A stretch of 64,000 nt of DNA from a virus (IMGVR_UViG_3300047494_000112:96001-160000), one strand, 5' to 3'; numbered from the stretch's first letter, positions 9,043-19,798 are shown. Notes: generated from the letters alone by a model not told the origin. Numbers and translations are program-made.

Positions 9043-10905
9043 ATGCGCTACTCTGAAGCAATGTCATCTGCTACCTCAAATTCACTCAAATTTGGTCCGC
9101 AGCGAAAAACACCAGATACAATAGACATTGATTTAGAACGCAATAATTTAATCACTGGACATGGCATGGAGACATTCAACACGTCCTATCTCTTACCAGG
9201 TGAAAATCCACAAACTCTATATGCTAGAGTTTGTGCTTGGATGGGGAGCAATTCAGAACATGCTCAGCGTTTGTATGACTATTTAAGTAAGCATTGGTTC
9301 TCACCAGCTACACCAATTCTATCTAATGCTGGTACTAAACGTGGCCAGACCATTTCATGCTATCTAACTGAAGTTCAAGATAGTATGCGCTCAATTATTG
9401 ACAAGTGGCAGGAACAAGCTTGGTTAGCTTCTCAGGGTGGAGGTTTAGGTGTCTCTTGGAGACAAGTTCGTTCTCGTTCTGAAAAAGTTGGACAAGTAGG
9501 TTCAACTAGCGGTGTTGTCCCTTTTCTAAAGGTTTGTGAGTCTTTGACGCTTGCAATTTCACAAGGTTCTTTACGCCGTGGAAATGCTGCAATGTATCTG
9601 CCTATTTGGCATCCAGAGATAATTGAATTTCTTAATATTCGTAATCCTGTAGGAGGGGATCCCAAACGTAAAACGTTAGAACTGCATCACGGTATTACAA
9701 TTGATGATGAGTTCATGAAGGCTGTCGAGACAAATTCAACATATAATCTACGTTCACCAAAAGATGGATCAATTATAGATATAGTCAAGGCTCGCGAGGT
9801 TTGGATTCGTATTCTAACTACTAGAGTTGAAACTGGCGAACCATACATTATTTTTATAGATAATGTTAACAAAGCTGTTCCTGAGCATCATCAAGCTTTA
9901 GGCTTGTTTCCAACAAGCTCGAATTTATGCAGCGAGATTTTACTTCCTATAGGACCAGATTATAACAAAAAAGATCGAACCGCTGTTTGTTGTCTGTCTT
10001 CTCTAAATTTAGAGTATTGGGACGAGTGGAAAGACAACGAGCAATTTATTCCGGATATTATGGAGTTTCTTGACAACATATTAATCGAGTATTGCGATAC
10101 TGCTATTCCGGAAATGCAACATGCAGTTTATTCTGCAAGACAAGAGCGTAGTGTAGGTTTAGGAGTAATGGGCTTTCATTCTTTATTGCAAAAGAAAAAT
10201 TTGCCTTGGGAATCAGCTCTCTCTAAATCTCTAAACATGAAAGTATTCAAACATCTAAAGTTGGAAACTGATAGATCTTCAAAGCTATTAGCTGAGCTTC
10301 GTGGTCCATGTCCTGATGCTGTTGAATACACCTGCAGAACAGGTAAAGAATATAACGAACGCTTTTCTTACAAAATGGCAATTGCTCCTACAGCAAGCAT
10401 TTCAATTTTAACTGGTCAGTCCTCGCCAGGAATTGAACCTAATGCTGCAAACATTTTTAAATTTGTTATCAAAGCAGGAACACTAATTGCAAAGAACAAA
10501 TATTTATCTGAGTTGTTGGACAAATACGGTATGAATACTTCTGAAGTTTGGGAAGATATATCTCAAAACAAGGGTAGTGTCCGTCATCTGGAATTTCTCA
10601 CCCCATACGAAAAAGATATTTTTAAGACGGCTACAGAAATTGACCAACGTTGGCTAGTTGAGTTTGCCGCTGATAGAACTCCATTTGTAGATCAAGGACA
10701 AAGCTTAAATTTGTTTCTACCCGCCGATATCAACAAAAAAGATTTGCATAACATTCACATGATGGCTTGGAAAAAAGGAGTAAAAAGCTTATATTATGTA
10801 AGAAGTTCCAGTGTTCAACAAGCTCAAACATTGGATAGAGTGTTAAAAGCAAGCAAAGCAGAAACTCCTTCGTTCAATTCGGACGAATGCTTGGCTTGTC
10901 AGTAG
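9043..10905 (+). CDS. nrdA: Ribonucleotide reductase class Ia alpha subunit (no ATP cone)
   Basis: SPATPILSN, ISCY, SNLCSEI, APTASIS, KSLYYVRS and C-terminal CLACQ. Confidence 0.97.
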   Translation: MRYSEAMSSATSNSLKFGPQRKTPDTIDIDLERNNLITGHGMETFNTSYLLPGENPQTLYARVCAWMGSNSEHAQRLYDYLSKHWFSPATPILSNAGTKRGQTISCYLTEVQDSMRSIIDKWQEQAWLASQGGGLGVSWRQVRSRSEKVGQVGSTSGVVPFLKVCESLTLAISQGSLRRGNAAMYLPIWHPEIIEFLNIRNPVGGDPKRKTLELHHGITIDDEFMKAVETNSTYNLRSPKDGSIIDIVKAREVWIRILTTRVETGEPYIIFIDNVNKAVPEHHQALGLFPTSSNLCSEILLPIGPDYNKKDRTAVCCLSSLNLEYWDEWKDNEQFIPDIMEFLDNILIEYCDTAIPEMQHAVYSARQERSVGLGVMGFHSLLQKKNLPWESALSKSLNMKVFKHLKLETDRSSKLLAELRGPCPDAVEYTCRTGKEYNERFSYKMAIAPTASISILTGQSSPGIEPNAANIFKFVIKAGTLIAKNKYLSELLDKYGMNTSEVWEDISQNKGSVRHLEFLTPYEKDIFKTATEIDQRWLVEFAADRTPFVDQGQSLNLFLPADINKKDLHNIHMMAWKKGVKSLYYVRSSSVQQAQTLDRVLKASKAETPSFNSDECLACQ

Positions 10906-10922
10906 CCTAATAGGAGGACATA

Positions 10923-11489
10923 ATGTCCTTAAAATTTCAAGAGGGAATGATCCTTTACAACAGTAAATTGCTAGTTTCATGGGATGACTTTGATGAAGCT
11001 AGAGTGTATTGGGATACAGTTGATTTTGTTATCAATGATATTGACATTTCAAGTTTAATTAAGGTAACAAAAGAAGGTTTAGAGTACCAATCTGAAAAAG
11101 CTGAAGAATTATTGGTAAAAAGCTATTGCTTAGCACTAATGTTTGCCTTCAATTATGGATTTAGATCACACATTGATCTAGAAAGCTATAGTCGAGTTTG
11201 GGAAGGTTATTCAATTCATGTCAATAATCGAGATGTTGACATGTTTGAATCTGAAATAATTATTACCGATGACATTCACTCAACTGAGATAACATGTTAT
11301 GAAGATTCAGAAGTAATACAAGGTAGAAAATATACCTTGTATTCTAGTGTAAATTGGAAATCAGTCTTTGGATTTGTTCATAAATTCTATGAAACAGAAA
11401 ACGATCAGGACGTGGAAGATGAGCATTTAATGGCTTTGGGCTTAATGCAAGCTCGTGACGACGGTTTAAAAAATGGAAAATTGTTGTAA
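10923..11489 (+). CDS. Hypothetical protein
   Basis: AGGAGG SD upstream; 188-aa ORF. Confidence 0.7.
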   Translation: MSLKFQEGMILYNSKLLVSWDDFDEARVYWDTVDFVINDIDISSLIKVTKEGLEYQSEKAEELLVKSYCLALMFAFNYGFRSHIDLESYSRVWEGYSIHVNNRDVDMFESEIIITDDIHSTEITCYEDSEVIQGRKYTLYSSVNWKSVFGFVHKFYETENDQDVEDEHLMALGLMQARDDGLKNGKLL

Positions 11490-11511
11490 TTTGTAATAAG
11501 GAATTAAGAAC

Positions 11512-12087
11512 GTGGTTTTGGATATTTTTAACTCTACAAATTTTTATGGATACAATGTTGTATCTAATACGCATGTACCGCTTCAAACTGATAACTACCT
11601 CTATTCATCCTACTTTGATGGAACAAAAATTGTAACTACGAACCTAAACGATGGAACAGTTGTTAATACTACTGGCTTGCAATCAACAGGTGTAGTATTA
11701 AATCCACAAATTGCACCTAGCACTTATGGAAATATCTCAATCTCAAATAATAATCCATTATTATTTCTTAATAACCCATTTATTCAGCAACAATTGTCAG
11801 GTGTTCCCTGTGATCAAAAATCAGTTACTTTTGATGATATGGTAAATGAATCTAAAGACGAAGAGAATGAGCTCGTTGATGAATCTGAAATTGAAGCCGT
11901 AACTCAAACTCTTTATAAAGATGAATTTGATTCCAAAGGTCGCATGAAGCTAGATTGGAACCTAATCGAAAAACTGGTAAATACAGAGTATGATGATTTG
12001 AGCAATGACGAAAATTGTGCTAAGCATATTGCTCATCTACTCATGGAAGCGCGTGAGTTTGGATTTAAAGAGTCTATCAAGAGGTGA
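11512..12087 (+). CDS. Hypothetical protein
   Basis: 191-aa ORF coupled to next gene. Confidence 0.6.
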   Translation: MVLDIFNSTNFYGYNVVSNTHVPLQTDNYLYSSYFDGTKIVTTNLNDGTVVNTTGLQSTGVVLNPQIAPSTYGNISISNNNPLLFLNNPFIQQQLSGVPCDQKSVTFDDMVNESKDEENELVDESEIEAVTQTLYKDEFDSKGRMKLDWNLIEKLVNTEYDDLSNDENCAKHIAHLLMEAREFGFKESIKR

Positions 12088-12437
12088 AAATGGTTGAGCT
12101 TACAGACGAAGACATTATCTCAATGCGTCAAAGATTAAGATCAGGAGAAGCTTCGCTTAGGCTATTGGCTGCAGAATATAGAACTGATAGAAAGAGGATA
12201 ACAAATGCTATAAAGGGAAATACTTTTCAGCATTTGAATGAATTTGAACCTCCCGTTGAAGATATTGGCGTAAAAAAGGGACCTAGAAAAATTTTCTTTC
12301 CAAAGACTAAAGCAGCAATAGATAAACTGTATAAACTAGGATACAAAAAACATCAGATTAAACAAATACTCATTGAAAACGGAACTACAATGAGTAAAGT
12401 AACAATTGATCGTGCCTTAGGAACCTATAAATTTTAA
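12084..12437 (+). CDS. Helix-turn-helix DNA-binding protein
   Basis: GEASLRLLAAEYRTDRKRITNAIKG HTH-like segment and a second HTH-like C-terminus. Confidence 0.45.
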   Translation: MKMVELTDEDIISMRQRLRSGEASLRLLAAEYRTDRKRITNAIKGNTFQHLNEFEPPVEDIGVKKGPRKIFFPKTKAAIDKLYKLGYKKHQIKQILIENGTTMSKVTIDRALGTYKF

Positions 12438-12466
12438 CCTGATTTCCTTGAAAGGGAAACTATAAC

Positions 12467-14413
12467 ATGACCGGTGAAATTGATATCTTTGAAGAGATTA
12501 AACTCTCAAACAGCTTTCATGACGCAGAAAAAATGTCAATGCGTGATTATCTAGATCTATGCAAAGTAGATAGCTCTGCTTATGCTTCAGCTCCAGAGCG
12601 CATGTTAAAAGCAATTGGAAAACCCATTAAGCTGGACACGTCAAAGGACGAACGTCTTTCCCGAATTTTCTATAACCGTACTATCAAAGTCTATCCAGCT
12701 TTTGCTGACTTCTATGGTATTGAAGAGGCAATTGAATCTATTGTAAACTTTTTTACTCATGCTGCACAAGGTTTGGAAGAGCGTAAACAAATTTTGTACC
12801 TACTTGGCCCAGTTGGCTCCTCCAAGAGCTCTTTGGCTGAGCGTCTAAAACACTTGATGGAAAATCAGCCAATCTATGTCTTGGCAACCAAAGATCATGG
12901 CATGTCTCCTATTTTTGAATCGCCTTTAAGCTTGTTCATTAAAGACGAACAGATTGAAAAAATTGAAAAGAACTACAACATTCCTCGTTCCTATATGCCA
13001 GGAATAATGTCGCCTTGGGCTGTCAAGCGTTTGACAGAGTTTAAAGGAGATATTTCTCAGTTTGTTGTTCACAAAATTTACCCAAGCAAGCTGCAACAAA
13101 TCTGTGTTGCAAAAATTGAGCCAGGTGATGACAACAATATGGATATTGGCTCGATGGTCGGCAAGGTTGACCTTCGTATGCTTGAGAAATTTCCGCAAAA
13201 TGACACCGATGCTTATAGCTATTCAGGTTCCATGAATAGAGCCACTCAAGGCGTAATGGAATTTGTTGAAATGTTTAAAGCCCCGATAAAAATGCTGCAT
13301 CCGTTGCTAACTGCAACGCAAGAACGTAACTATATGGGTACTGAGAATATTGGTGCTATACCGTTTGACGGCATCATTTTGGCTCACTCAAACGAGTCTG
13401 AATGGGCAACTTTTAAGCATAACAAAAATAACGAAGCTTTTATTGATCGTGTTTACACAATCAAAGTGCCTTATTGCTTGCGAGTATCTGAAGAAGTCAA
13501 AATTTACGAAAAGCTTATCCGACATTCCAATCTACAAAACAACCCTCTAGCTCCGCATACATTGGAAATGTTGGCGCGCATGTCGGTTCTATCTCGCTTG
13601 CATGAGCATGAGAACAGCAACTATTTCAGTAAGATGCGTGTGTATGATGGTGAGTTCATTAAAGAGACTGATCCTCACGCTAAAACAGTTCAAGAGTATC
13701 GTGATGCAGCAGGTCAAGATGAAGGCATGACCGGCATCTCTACTCGGTTTGCGTTCAAAGTTCTTTCGGCCACATATAACTACGACTCTGAAGAAATCTC
13801 TGCTGACCCTGTTCATTTGATGCTTCAAATTGAGAAAGCAATCAAGAAAGAGCAGTATCACAAGGATTTGGAAAACAAATATATTTCTTTCTTGCAAGAA
13901 ACATTGGCGGCAAAGTATCTTCAATTTATTGGTGATGAAATTCAGAAAGCTTATCTGGAGTCATACAAAGACTATGGCCAAAATATGTTTGAACGCTATA
14001 TTGATTTAGCTGACAACTGGCTTGAAGATAAAGATTACAAAGATCCTGATACAGGTCAGCTAATGAATCGAGAGCTGATCGATAAAGAACTATCAAAAAT
14101 GGAAAAACCTGCAGGTATTGGTAATCCTAAAGATTTCCGAAATGAGGTTGTCAAGTTTGCTTTGCGAGCTGCAAAGAATACTGGCAAGACTCCTGCTTGG
14201 GATTCTTATGAAAAGATAAGAGACGTAATTGAAAAGCGCATGTTTTCAAACGTTGAAGATTTGCTTCCTATTATCAGCTTTGGCACAAAGAAAGACGCTG
14301 AGACTGACAAAAAACATAATGACTTTTTGGCTCGTATGAAAGAGCGTGGCTATACGGAACGTCAGGTTCGTCGTACTGTTGAATGGTACGTGCGAGCTAA
14401 AGGATCCATGTGA
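12467..14413 (+). CDS. prkA: PrkA/YeaG AAA+ ATPase-serine kinase
   Basis: LLGPVGSSKSS, EFVEMFKAPIKMLHPLLTATQE, GMTGISTRFAFK, EWYVR C-terminus. Confidence 0.95.
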   Translation: MTGEIDIFEEIKLSNSFHDAEKMSMRDYLDLCKVDSSAYASAPERMLKAIGKPIKLDTSKDERLSRIFYNRTIKVYPAFADFYGIEEAIESIVNFFTHAAQGLEERKQILYLLGPVGSSKSSLAERLKHLMENQPIYVLATKDHGMSPIFESPLSLFIKDEQIEKIEKNYNIPRSYMPGIMSPWAVKRLTEFKGDISQFVVHKIYPSKLQQICVAKIEPGDDNNMDIGSMVGKVDLRMLEKFPQNDTDAYSYSGSMNRATQGVMEFVEMFKAPIKMLHPLLTATQERNYMGTENIGAIPFDGIILAHSNESEWATFKHNKNNEAFIDRVYTIKVPYCLRVSEEVKIYEKLIRHSNLQNNPLAPHTLEMLARMSVLSRLHEHENSNYFSKMRVYDGEFIKETDPHAKTVQEYRDAAGQDEGMTGISTRFAFKVLSATYNYDSEEISADPVHLMLQIEKAIKKEQYHKDLENKYISFLQETLAAKYLQFIGDEIQKAYLESYKDYGQNMFERYIDLADNWLEDKDYKDPDTGQLMNRELIDKELSKMEKPAGIGNPKDFRNEVVKFALRAAKNTGKTPAWDSYEKIRDVIEKRMFSNVEDLLPIISFGTKKDAETDKKHNDFLARMKERGYTERQVRRTVEWYVRAKGSM

Positions 14414-14432
14414 GATAAACTGGTCTTATTTT

Positions 14433-14459
14433 GGTGGTGGGTTAGATATTCCCACCACC
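14433..14459 (+). terminator. Stem-loop after prkA
   Basis: GGTGGTGGG-9 nt-CCCACCACC inverted repeat. Confidence 0.55.
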
Positions 14460-14473
14460 TAAAGAGAGTAACT

Positions 14474-14842
14474 TTGAAATTTGAAGTCAGCTTATGCTAT
14501 TTTGAAAAAGATGGTTTAACAGTTAAACAGATAATAGAGTTCAATGATTGTGAAGACAAAAATGTTATTGCTCAATTAACTTGGATATTAAACCATGTCT
14601 CTCAGACTGGCATAAAATATGCTGCAAAAGGTGTTACGGTTTACAATTTTGATGGTTCTTTAGGGCTTCAAATTTTTACTTGGAGTTTAGATACAAAGTG
14701 CGTTCCTGATGATTATGATTTTTCAAAAGCTCACAAGTTAAAATATTGGTTGTTTGTAAACGATAGTCTATCAAGACTAGATACTTCCGTGTTAATAGAG
14801 TTTTCAAAAGACTTTTATCTTCACAAATTACGATATAGGTAA
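14474..14842 (+). CDS. Hypothetical protein
   Basis: AT-rich ORF between prkA and yeaH. Confidence 0.5.
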   Translation: MKFEVSLCYFEKDGLTVKQIIEFNDCEDKNVIAQLTWILNHVSQTGIKYAAKGVTVYNFDGSLGLQIFTWSLDTKCVPDDYDFSKAHKLKYWLFVNDSLSRLDTSVLIEFSKDFYLHKLRYR

Positions 14843-14845
14843 AAA

Positions 14846-15187
14846 ATGTTCCACGTTACTGTCTTAATAAAGTCTATTCTCAAATATAATTTTCCTAAAG
14901 TCGATAAAGACTTAAATTTAGAAGAGTTGGAAAAAGCTTTTAACAGCATTTTGAAGGCTTTTTCTGATGCTTTTCCAAAGCAGATAAGCGTGACAGGGTC
15001 AGGTTATTCCAATAGACCTTTCGATGTCTACGAATCGAAAGGTCCAATAACTTTACAATACTTTACAATGCTTGAAAAAGCAATTTTCTATGTTTGGGAA
15101 GATAAAGAAAAAACAAAGCTAATTCTGGAAGTTATAGCTGATAAAGACGGTAATTTACGAGGCCTCAATAAATTACGTTTTGGATAG
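14846..15187 (+). CDS. Hypothetical protein
   Basis: AT-rich ORF between prkA and yeaH. Confidence 0.5.
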   Translation: MFHVTVLIKSILKYNFPKVDKDLNLEELEKAFNSILKAFSDAFPKQISVTGSGYSNRPFDVYESKGPITLQYFTMLEKAIFYVWEDKEKTKLILEVIADKDGNLRGLNKLRFG

Positions 15188-15368
15188 ATTGAGATAAAAA
15201 TAGAATCTTAGTTTAGGTAAGCTTTTTCCCTTTCACTTGCCTATTCAAGGATTCTATAGAGGGCAAACAAACTAGTAATTGCGGATCAGCCGGCCGCGGT
15301 GAAGTTTTGTTTGCCCTCTGCTATTTGGTAAATTATAGTGTAACTTTCTAACAAGGGATTGAGTTATC

Positions 15369-16619
15369 ATGACAGTTGTATTTATTGATAGACGTAAACT
15401 AAGACAAGATAGAAATTTAGAAAATAGACGTAGATTTTTTCAACGAGTTAAATCTCAACTGCTAGATTCAATCCAGGATCTAAGCGATCACAAGATACAT
15501 GAGGTAGATAAGACTAAACGCAAGGTATCTTTAGACCAAGAAAAAATTGAAGAGCCTCATTTTGCTTATGCTGCAACAGGTATTTGGGAGTTTGTTCTTT
15601 CAGGCAATAGCAATCTACTATCAAACGGCTATGTTGTCGGTGATGAAATTGAAAAACCTGAAGAAAGCCAAGGTGGTAGAGGATCAGACCCGTCTGAAGA
15701 TGGTGAAGGCAACGATGACTTTTTGTTCGAGGTAAATGAAGATGAGTTTTTACAGCTCTTCTTTGAAGATCTTGAATTACCTAACATGGTTAACAAAACC
15801 ATTGCTAAAACAGATGTTTATACTTGGCAAAGAAAAGGCTACACTTCCTCTGGAGCTCCCGCTAACCTTGAATTGCGTAAGACTTTTCGTAATTCATTAG
15901 GTAGAAGGATTGCATTGGGTCGGCCTCATGTGGATGATATTGAAGAAAAGAAGGAAGATGAGACTGACGAGCAGTATCAAGAAAGAATTGCTCACTGGAA
16001 GCGCATTCCTTACATTGATCCTGTTGATGTTCGTTACCGCAATTTTGTTAAACAACCTGTACCTACATTTTCAGCTGTAATTTTCTTTATGATGGATGTT
16101 TCAGGTAGCATGACTGAGCATCATAAAGATTTAGCTAAGCGTTTCTTTATGCTATATTACTTCTTTCTGCAAAAGAAATATTTAAATGTTGAAATTGTCT
16201 TTGTTAGCCATACGCATGTAGCTAAAGAAGTTGATGAACAAGAATTTTTCTATTCCACAGATAGTGGTGGTACGCATGTTATGCCTGCGTTAAAGCTGAT
16301 TAGCAAGATTCAACAGGATAGATACCCCATTGATAAATGGAATATCTACATGGGTCAAGCTTCCGATGGTGATTGTTTTTCACAAGATGGAGTAGCGAGT
16401 GCTGAGTATATGATGGAAACGCTACTACCGATTATGCAGTACGCTTGCTATATAAATGTTTTTGATGGTGGCCGGAATAACGTAACACCTTTGATGGAAG
16501 CTTATAGTCGAATTTCAAATGAAAATTTTGATCAGGTAAAGGTCAAAGATAAAAAGGACATCTTTCCTGTTTTCCGAAAGCTGTTTTCAAAAAATAGAGA
16601 AGAAGCCAAAACTGTTTAA
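15369..16619 (+). CDS. yeaH: YeaH/YhbH (DUF444) vWA-family protein
   Basis: IDRR..NRRRF N-terminus, IPYIDPVDVRY, MMDVSGSM, SGGT, QASDGD motifs. Confidence 0.92.
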   Translation: MTVVFIDRRKLRQDRNLENRRRFFQRVKSQLLDSIQDLSDHKIHEVDKTKRKVSLDQEKIEEPHFAYAATGIWEFVLSGNSNLLSNGYVVGDEIEKPEESQGGRGSDPSEDGEGNDDFLFEVNEDEFLQLFFEDLELPNMVNKTIAKTDVYTWQRKGYTSSGAPANLELRKTFRNSLGRRIALGRPHVDDIEEKKEDETDEQYQERIAHWKRIPYIDPVDVRYRNFVKQPVPTFSAVIFFMMDVSGSMTEHHKDLAKRFFMLYYFFLQKKYLNVEIVFVSHTHVAKEVDEQEFFYSTDSGGTHVMPALKLISKIQQDRYPIDKWNIYMGQASDGDCFSQDGVASAEYMMETLLPIMQYACYINVFDGGRNNVTPLMEAYSRISNENFDQVKVKDKKDIFPVFRKLFSKNREEAKTV

Positions 16620-16644
16620 TCTAATATTGTGAAAGAGAAATGGC

Positions 16645-18192
16645 ATGAAACAAATTATGGCGTCAACAGACTGGAGCCAAGATCGTTTAATTGAAATATT
16701 CAACGAACTTGAAAAATTGAACGAAGAAAAATACAAATATGATCTCTATCCTAATCAGATAGAAATTGTTCCTTACAGTTGGATGATTGATAATCATTCA
16801 TCGCATGGTGGTTTACCTATTCTGTATAAACATTGGTCCTTCGGTAAAGCGTTTGTTAAATTTTCAAATGCTTATAAAGCTCGTCAAACTGGATTAGCTT
16901 ACGAAATGATAATCAACACAAATCCGTGCATTGCGTATTGCATGGAGGAAAACACCGAAGTAATGCAAACCTTGGTGATGGCTCATGCCTCTTTTGGGCA
17001 TAATTTTGTTTTCAAAAACAACTACCTATTTCAACAGTGGACAGATGCTGCTGAGATTTTAAACTATTTGGAATTTGCTAGAATCTATGTTTCTCGTTGT
17101 GAAGAAAAATACGGTGAAAAGCAAGTAGAGTTGTTTCTGGATGCTGCTCATACCTTGCAATTTTCTTCATTCACGCGGTACCCACGTAGTCGAAAATATT
17201 CCGTAAAAGACAATGAGCAACGCAGGTTAGCTCGAGTTAAAGACTATGAAAAAGATTATAACGAAATTTGGGAAAGTATTCCACGAGGTAAAAAAGATGC
17301 TGGCTCACTTCGTGCTGAATATAAAGCTCGTATGAATTTACCTGAAGAAAACATTTTGTATTTCCTTGAAAAATACTCTCCAAATTTATCTGTCTGGCAG
17401 CGTGAAATTCTTCGTATTGTTCGTAGCATCGGACAATATTTTTATCCAAATATTCAAACCAATCTAGTGCATGAAGCAGCAGCCACTTGGACTCACCATT
17501 CTATGCTGAATGATTTGTACGACAAGGGTTTGATCCATGACGGAGGAATGATGGAATGGTTGCACTCACACTCTTCAGTAGTTTATCAACCAACTTTTAA
17601 TCAAAAATTTGGTCCAGGACATTTTAATCCTTATGCTTTGGGTTTTGCAATGTGTAAGGATATGGAAAGAGTCTGTCTTAATCCTACAAAGGAAGATAAA
17701 GAATGGTTTCCTGATATTGCGGGAAGCAAAGACTACATAGGACTATTGAAATACATTTGGTCTAATTTTAGAAACGAAAGTTTTGTTCGACAATACTTGT
17801 CACCGAAAGTAATTCGAGACCTAAGAATGTTTTCAGTTAGAGATGATAGCACCGAAGATACTTATACCATTACAAACATTCATGATAAAGAAGGCTATAA
17901 GCAAGTTCGTTCAATCCTTGCTGATAGTTATCTTGTTGAAAATATGATTCCAAATGTTGAAGTAGTCGATGCCGATATTTTAGGTGACAGGACTTTGTCA
18001 CTTGAATTTGTCTCAGCAAATGGACATAGATTATATCCTAGATATGCTCAGAAGACTTTGGATGCAATTGCAGATATTTGGGGCTACCCTGTTAAACTAA
18101 ATGAAAATTACTCCTCACCTTCAAAGAGGATTAAGACTGAAACTTATGAAGCCAATCCTACTCGACCTTTTAATGAAAGCTTCATGATATAA
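16645..18192 (+). CDS. spoVR: SpoVR/YcgB family protein
   Basis: YPNQIEI, HWSFGKAF, GLAYEMIINTNPCIAY, HASFGHN, WQREILRIVR, NPYALGF. Confidence 0.92.
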   Translation: MKQIMASTDWSQDRLIEIFNELEKLNEEKYKYDLYPNQIEIVPYSWMIDNHSSHGGLPILYKHWSFGKAFVKFSNAYKARQTGLAYEMIINTNPCIAYCMEENTEVMQTLVMAHASFGHNFVFKNNYLFQQWTDAAEILNYLEFARIYVSRCEEKYGEKQVELFLDAAHTLQFSSFTRYPRSRKYSVKDNEQRRLARVKDYEKDYNEIWESIPRGKKDAGSLRAEYKARMNLPEENILYFLEKYSPNLSVWQREILRIVRSIGQYFYPNIQTNLVHEAAATWTHHSMLNDLYDKGLIHDGGMMEWLHSHSSVVYQPTFNQKFGPGHFNPYALGFAMCKDMERVCLNPTKEDKEWFPDIAGSKDYIGLLKYIWSNFRNESFVRQYLSPKVIRDLRMFSVRDDSTEDTYTITNIHDKEGYKQVRSILADSYLVENMIPNVEVVDADILGDRTLSLEFVSANGHRLYPRYAQKTLDAIADIWGYPVKLNENYSSPSKRIKTETYEANPTRPFNESFMI

Positions 18193-18208
18193 ACCAAAGG
18201 AGAATGAC

Positions 18209-18796
18209 GTGTTCCGTAAGAAAATACTAGAGACTAGCATTGAATATACGTGCGGATCCAGGGATGACACATATGGTGATCCTTGGATCAACCTGGCTTG
18301 TCATGCAGAGCTAATGGCTGTGTATAAAAAGTATGCAGGAAATAAGCATACAGGAGGTCATGATGCTGCAATGTTTCAAGTCTTATGCAAAATATCCAGA
18401 ATTGCTTGTGGCAAGCTGAAAGACGATAACTACATTGATCTGGCAGCTTATGCTGCAATTGCCTATGAATGTGACAGAGTAGAATTGGATAAACCCGAGA
18501 ACCAACCTAAGATTGGCGGTCCTGAAATTCAAGAAATGTTAGAGAAGAATCGACACCCTCCCCAAACTAGCTATGATGAAATGTACAAAAGAATTTCTGA
18601 CATGTATGGTGTTACCACCTCAGTAATTGATCCTACAAAAATATTGCAAAATGCAGTACCAACGCCTACTAAAAAAATTGAAGAGACTAGAATCGTTAGT
18701 GGTAAAATGGGAACACTAACACCAGGTAGCGCATTTTTTCAAAATGAAATTGAAGATGAATGCCCTTGTGATACTTGTGAATGTGGTAATAAATAA
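18209..18796 (+). CDS. DUF6378-like (nucleotide pyrophosphohydrolase-related) protein
   Basis: YGDP...KISR..DDNYIDLAAYAA pattern. Confidence 0.5.
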   Translation: MFRKKILETSIEYTCGSRDDTYGDPWINLACHAELMAVYKKYAGNKHTGGHDAAMFQVLCKISRIACGKLKDDNYIDLAAYAAIAYECDRVELDKPENQPKIGGPEIQEMLEKNRHPPQTSYDEMYKRISDMYGVTTSVIDPTKILQNAVPTPTKKIEETRIVSGKMGTLTPGSAFFQNEIEDECPCDTCECGNK

Positions 18797-18805
18797 TATA
18801 GACTA

Positions 18806-19798
18806 ATGAAATTAGGAGTACTGACTTTGAGTTTGACTGAAACTGTACCTGGTCGCCCTTATAGACCATTTCAATACCCTTGGTGCTTTGACTACTTTGA
18901 GCAGCAAAAGAAAATTGATTGGATGCCTTCTGAAGTCGCCATGGGCGATGATGTTAAAGACTATCATGATAGTCTAACCCCCGGCGAAAGAAATCTCTTA
19001 ACGCAAATTTTTCGTTTCTTTGTTACTGCTGATCAGGAAGTAGGTAACAATTATCACGAGCGTTATCTTCCAATCTTTAAGCCTACAGAAGTGCAAATGA
19101 TGTTGCTGCAATTTGCAGCAACTGAATCGGTTCATGTCTGGGCTTATTCTCATCTAATTGATACTATCGGTCTCCCGGAGACAGAATATTTAGCATTTCT
19201 TCAGTACAAGGAAATGACTGAAAAATACGAATATTTTTCAAAATTTTCAATTGACAATCCTCATGAGGTTGCAAAGACTTTAGCTGCTTTTGGAGCCTTT
19301 ACTGAAGGCTTGCAGCTATTTGCATCCTTTGCAATTTTACTAAATTTTCCTCGATACAATTTAATGAAAGGAATGGGCCAAATAATTTCCTGGTCCGTCC
19401 GCGACGAATCGCTCCATTGCGATGGTGTAATAAGATTGTATCATACTTATTTGGATGAGAATCCAAGTATAAACAAGGCTGAATTACAAAAAGACGTTGA
19501 ACAAATTTGTCGTGATATTGTCAATCACGAAGATGCTTTTATTGATTTAGCTTTTGGTGTTAGCGAAGATATTCGTGGCATGACAGCAAAAGATATTAAA
19601 GATTATATTCGTTATGTTGCCAATATGCGCTTGCTTCAATTGAAAATGGAACCCATTTACAATCAAATGGAAAATCCTATTCCTTGGTTAGCAAAGCAAT
19701 TAAACAGTGTTGAGCATGCAAACTTTTTTGACGCCAGAGTAACTACTTATAGTAGATCCGCAACGACCGGTAGCTGGGAAGAAGTGTTCGATGACTAA
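18806..19798 (+). CDS. nrdB: Ribonucleotide reductase class Ia beta subunit
   Basis: PFQYPW, ESVHVWAY (Fe ligands and Tyr radical), EGLQLFASF, RDESLH, NFF. Confidence 0.96.
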   Translation: MKLGVLTLSLTETVPGRPYRPFQYPWCFDYFEQQKKIDWMPSEVAMGDDVKDYHDSLTPGERNLLTQIFRFFVTADQEVGNNYHERYLPIFKPTEVQMMLLQFAATESVHVWAYSHLIDTIGLPETEYLAFLQYKEMTEKYEYFSKFSIDNPHEVAKTLAAFGAFTEGLQLFASFAILLNFPRYNLMKGMGQIISWSVRDESLHCDGVIRLYHTYLDENPSINKAELQKDVEQICRDIVNHEDAFIDLAFGVSEDIRGMTAKDIKDYIRYVANMRLLQLKMEPIYNQMENPIPWLAKQLNSVEHANFFDARVTTYSRSATTGSWEEVFDD

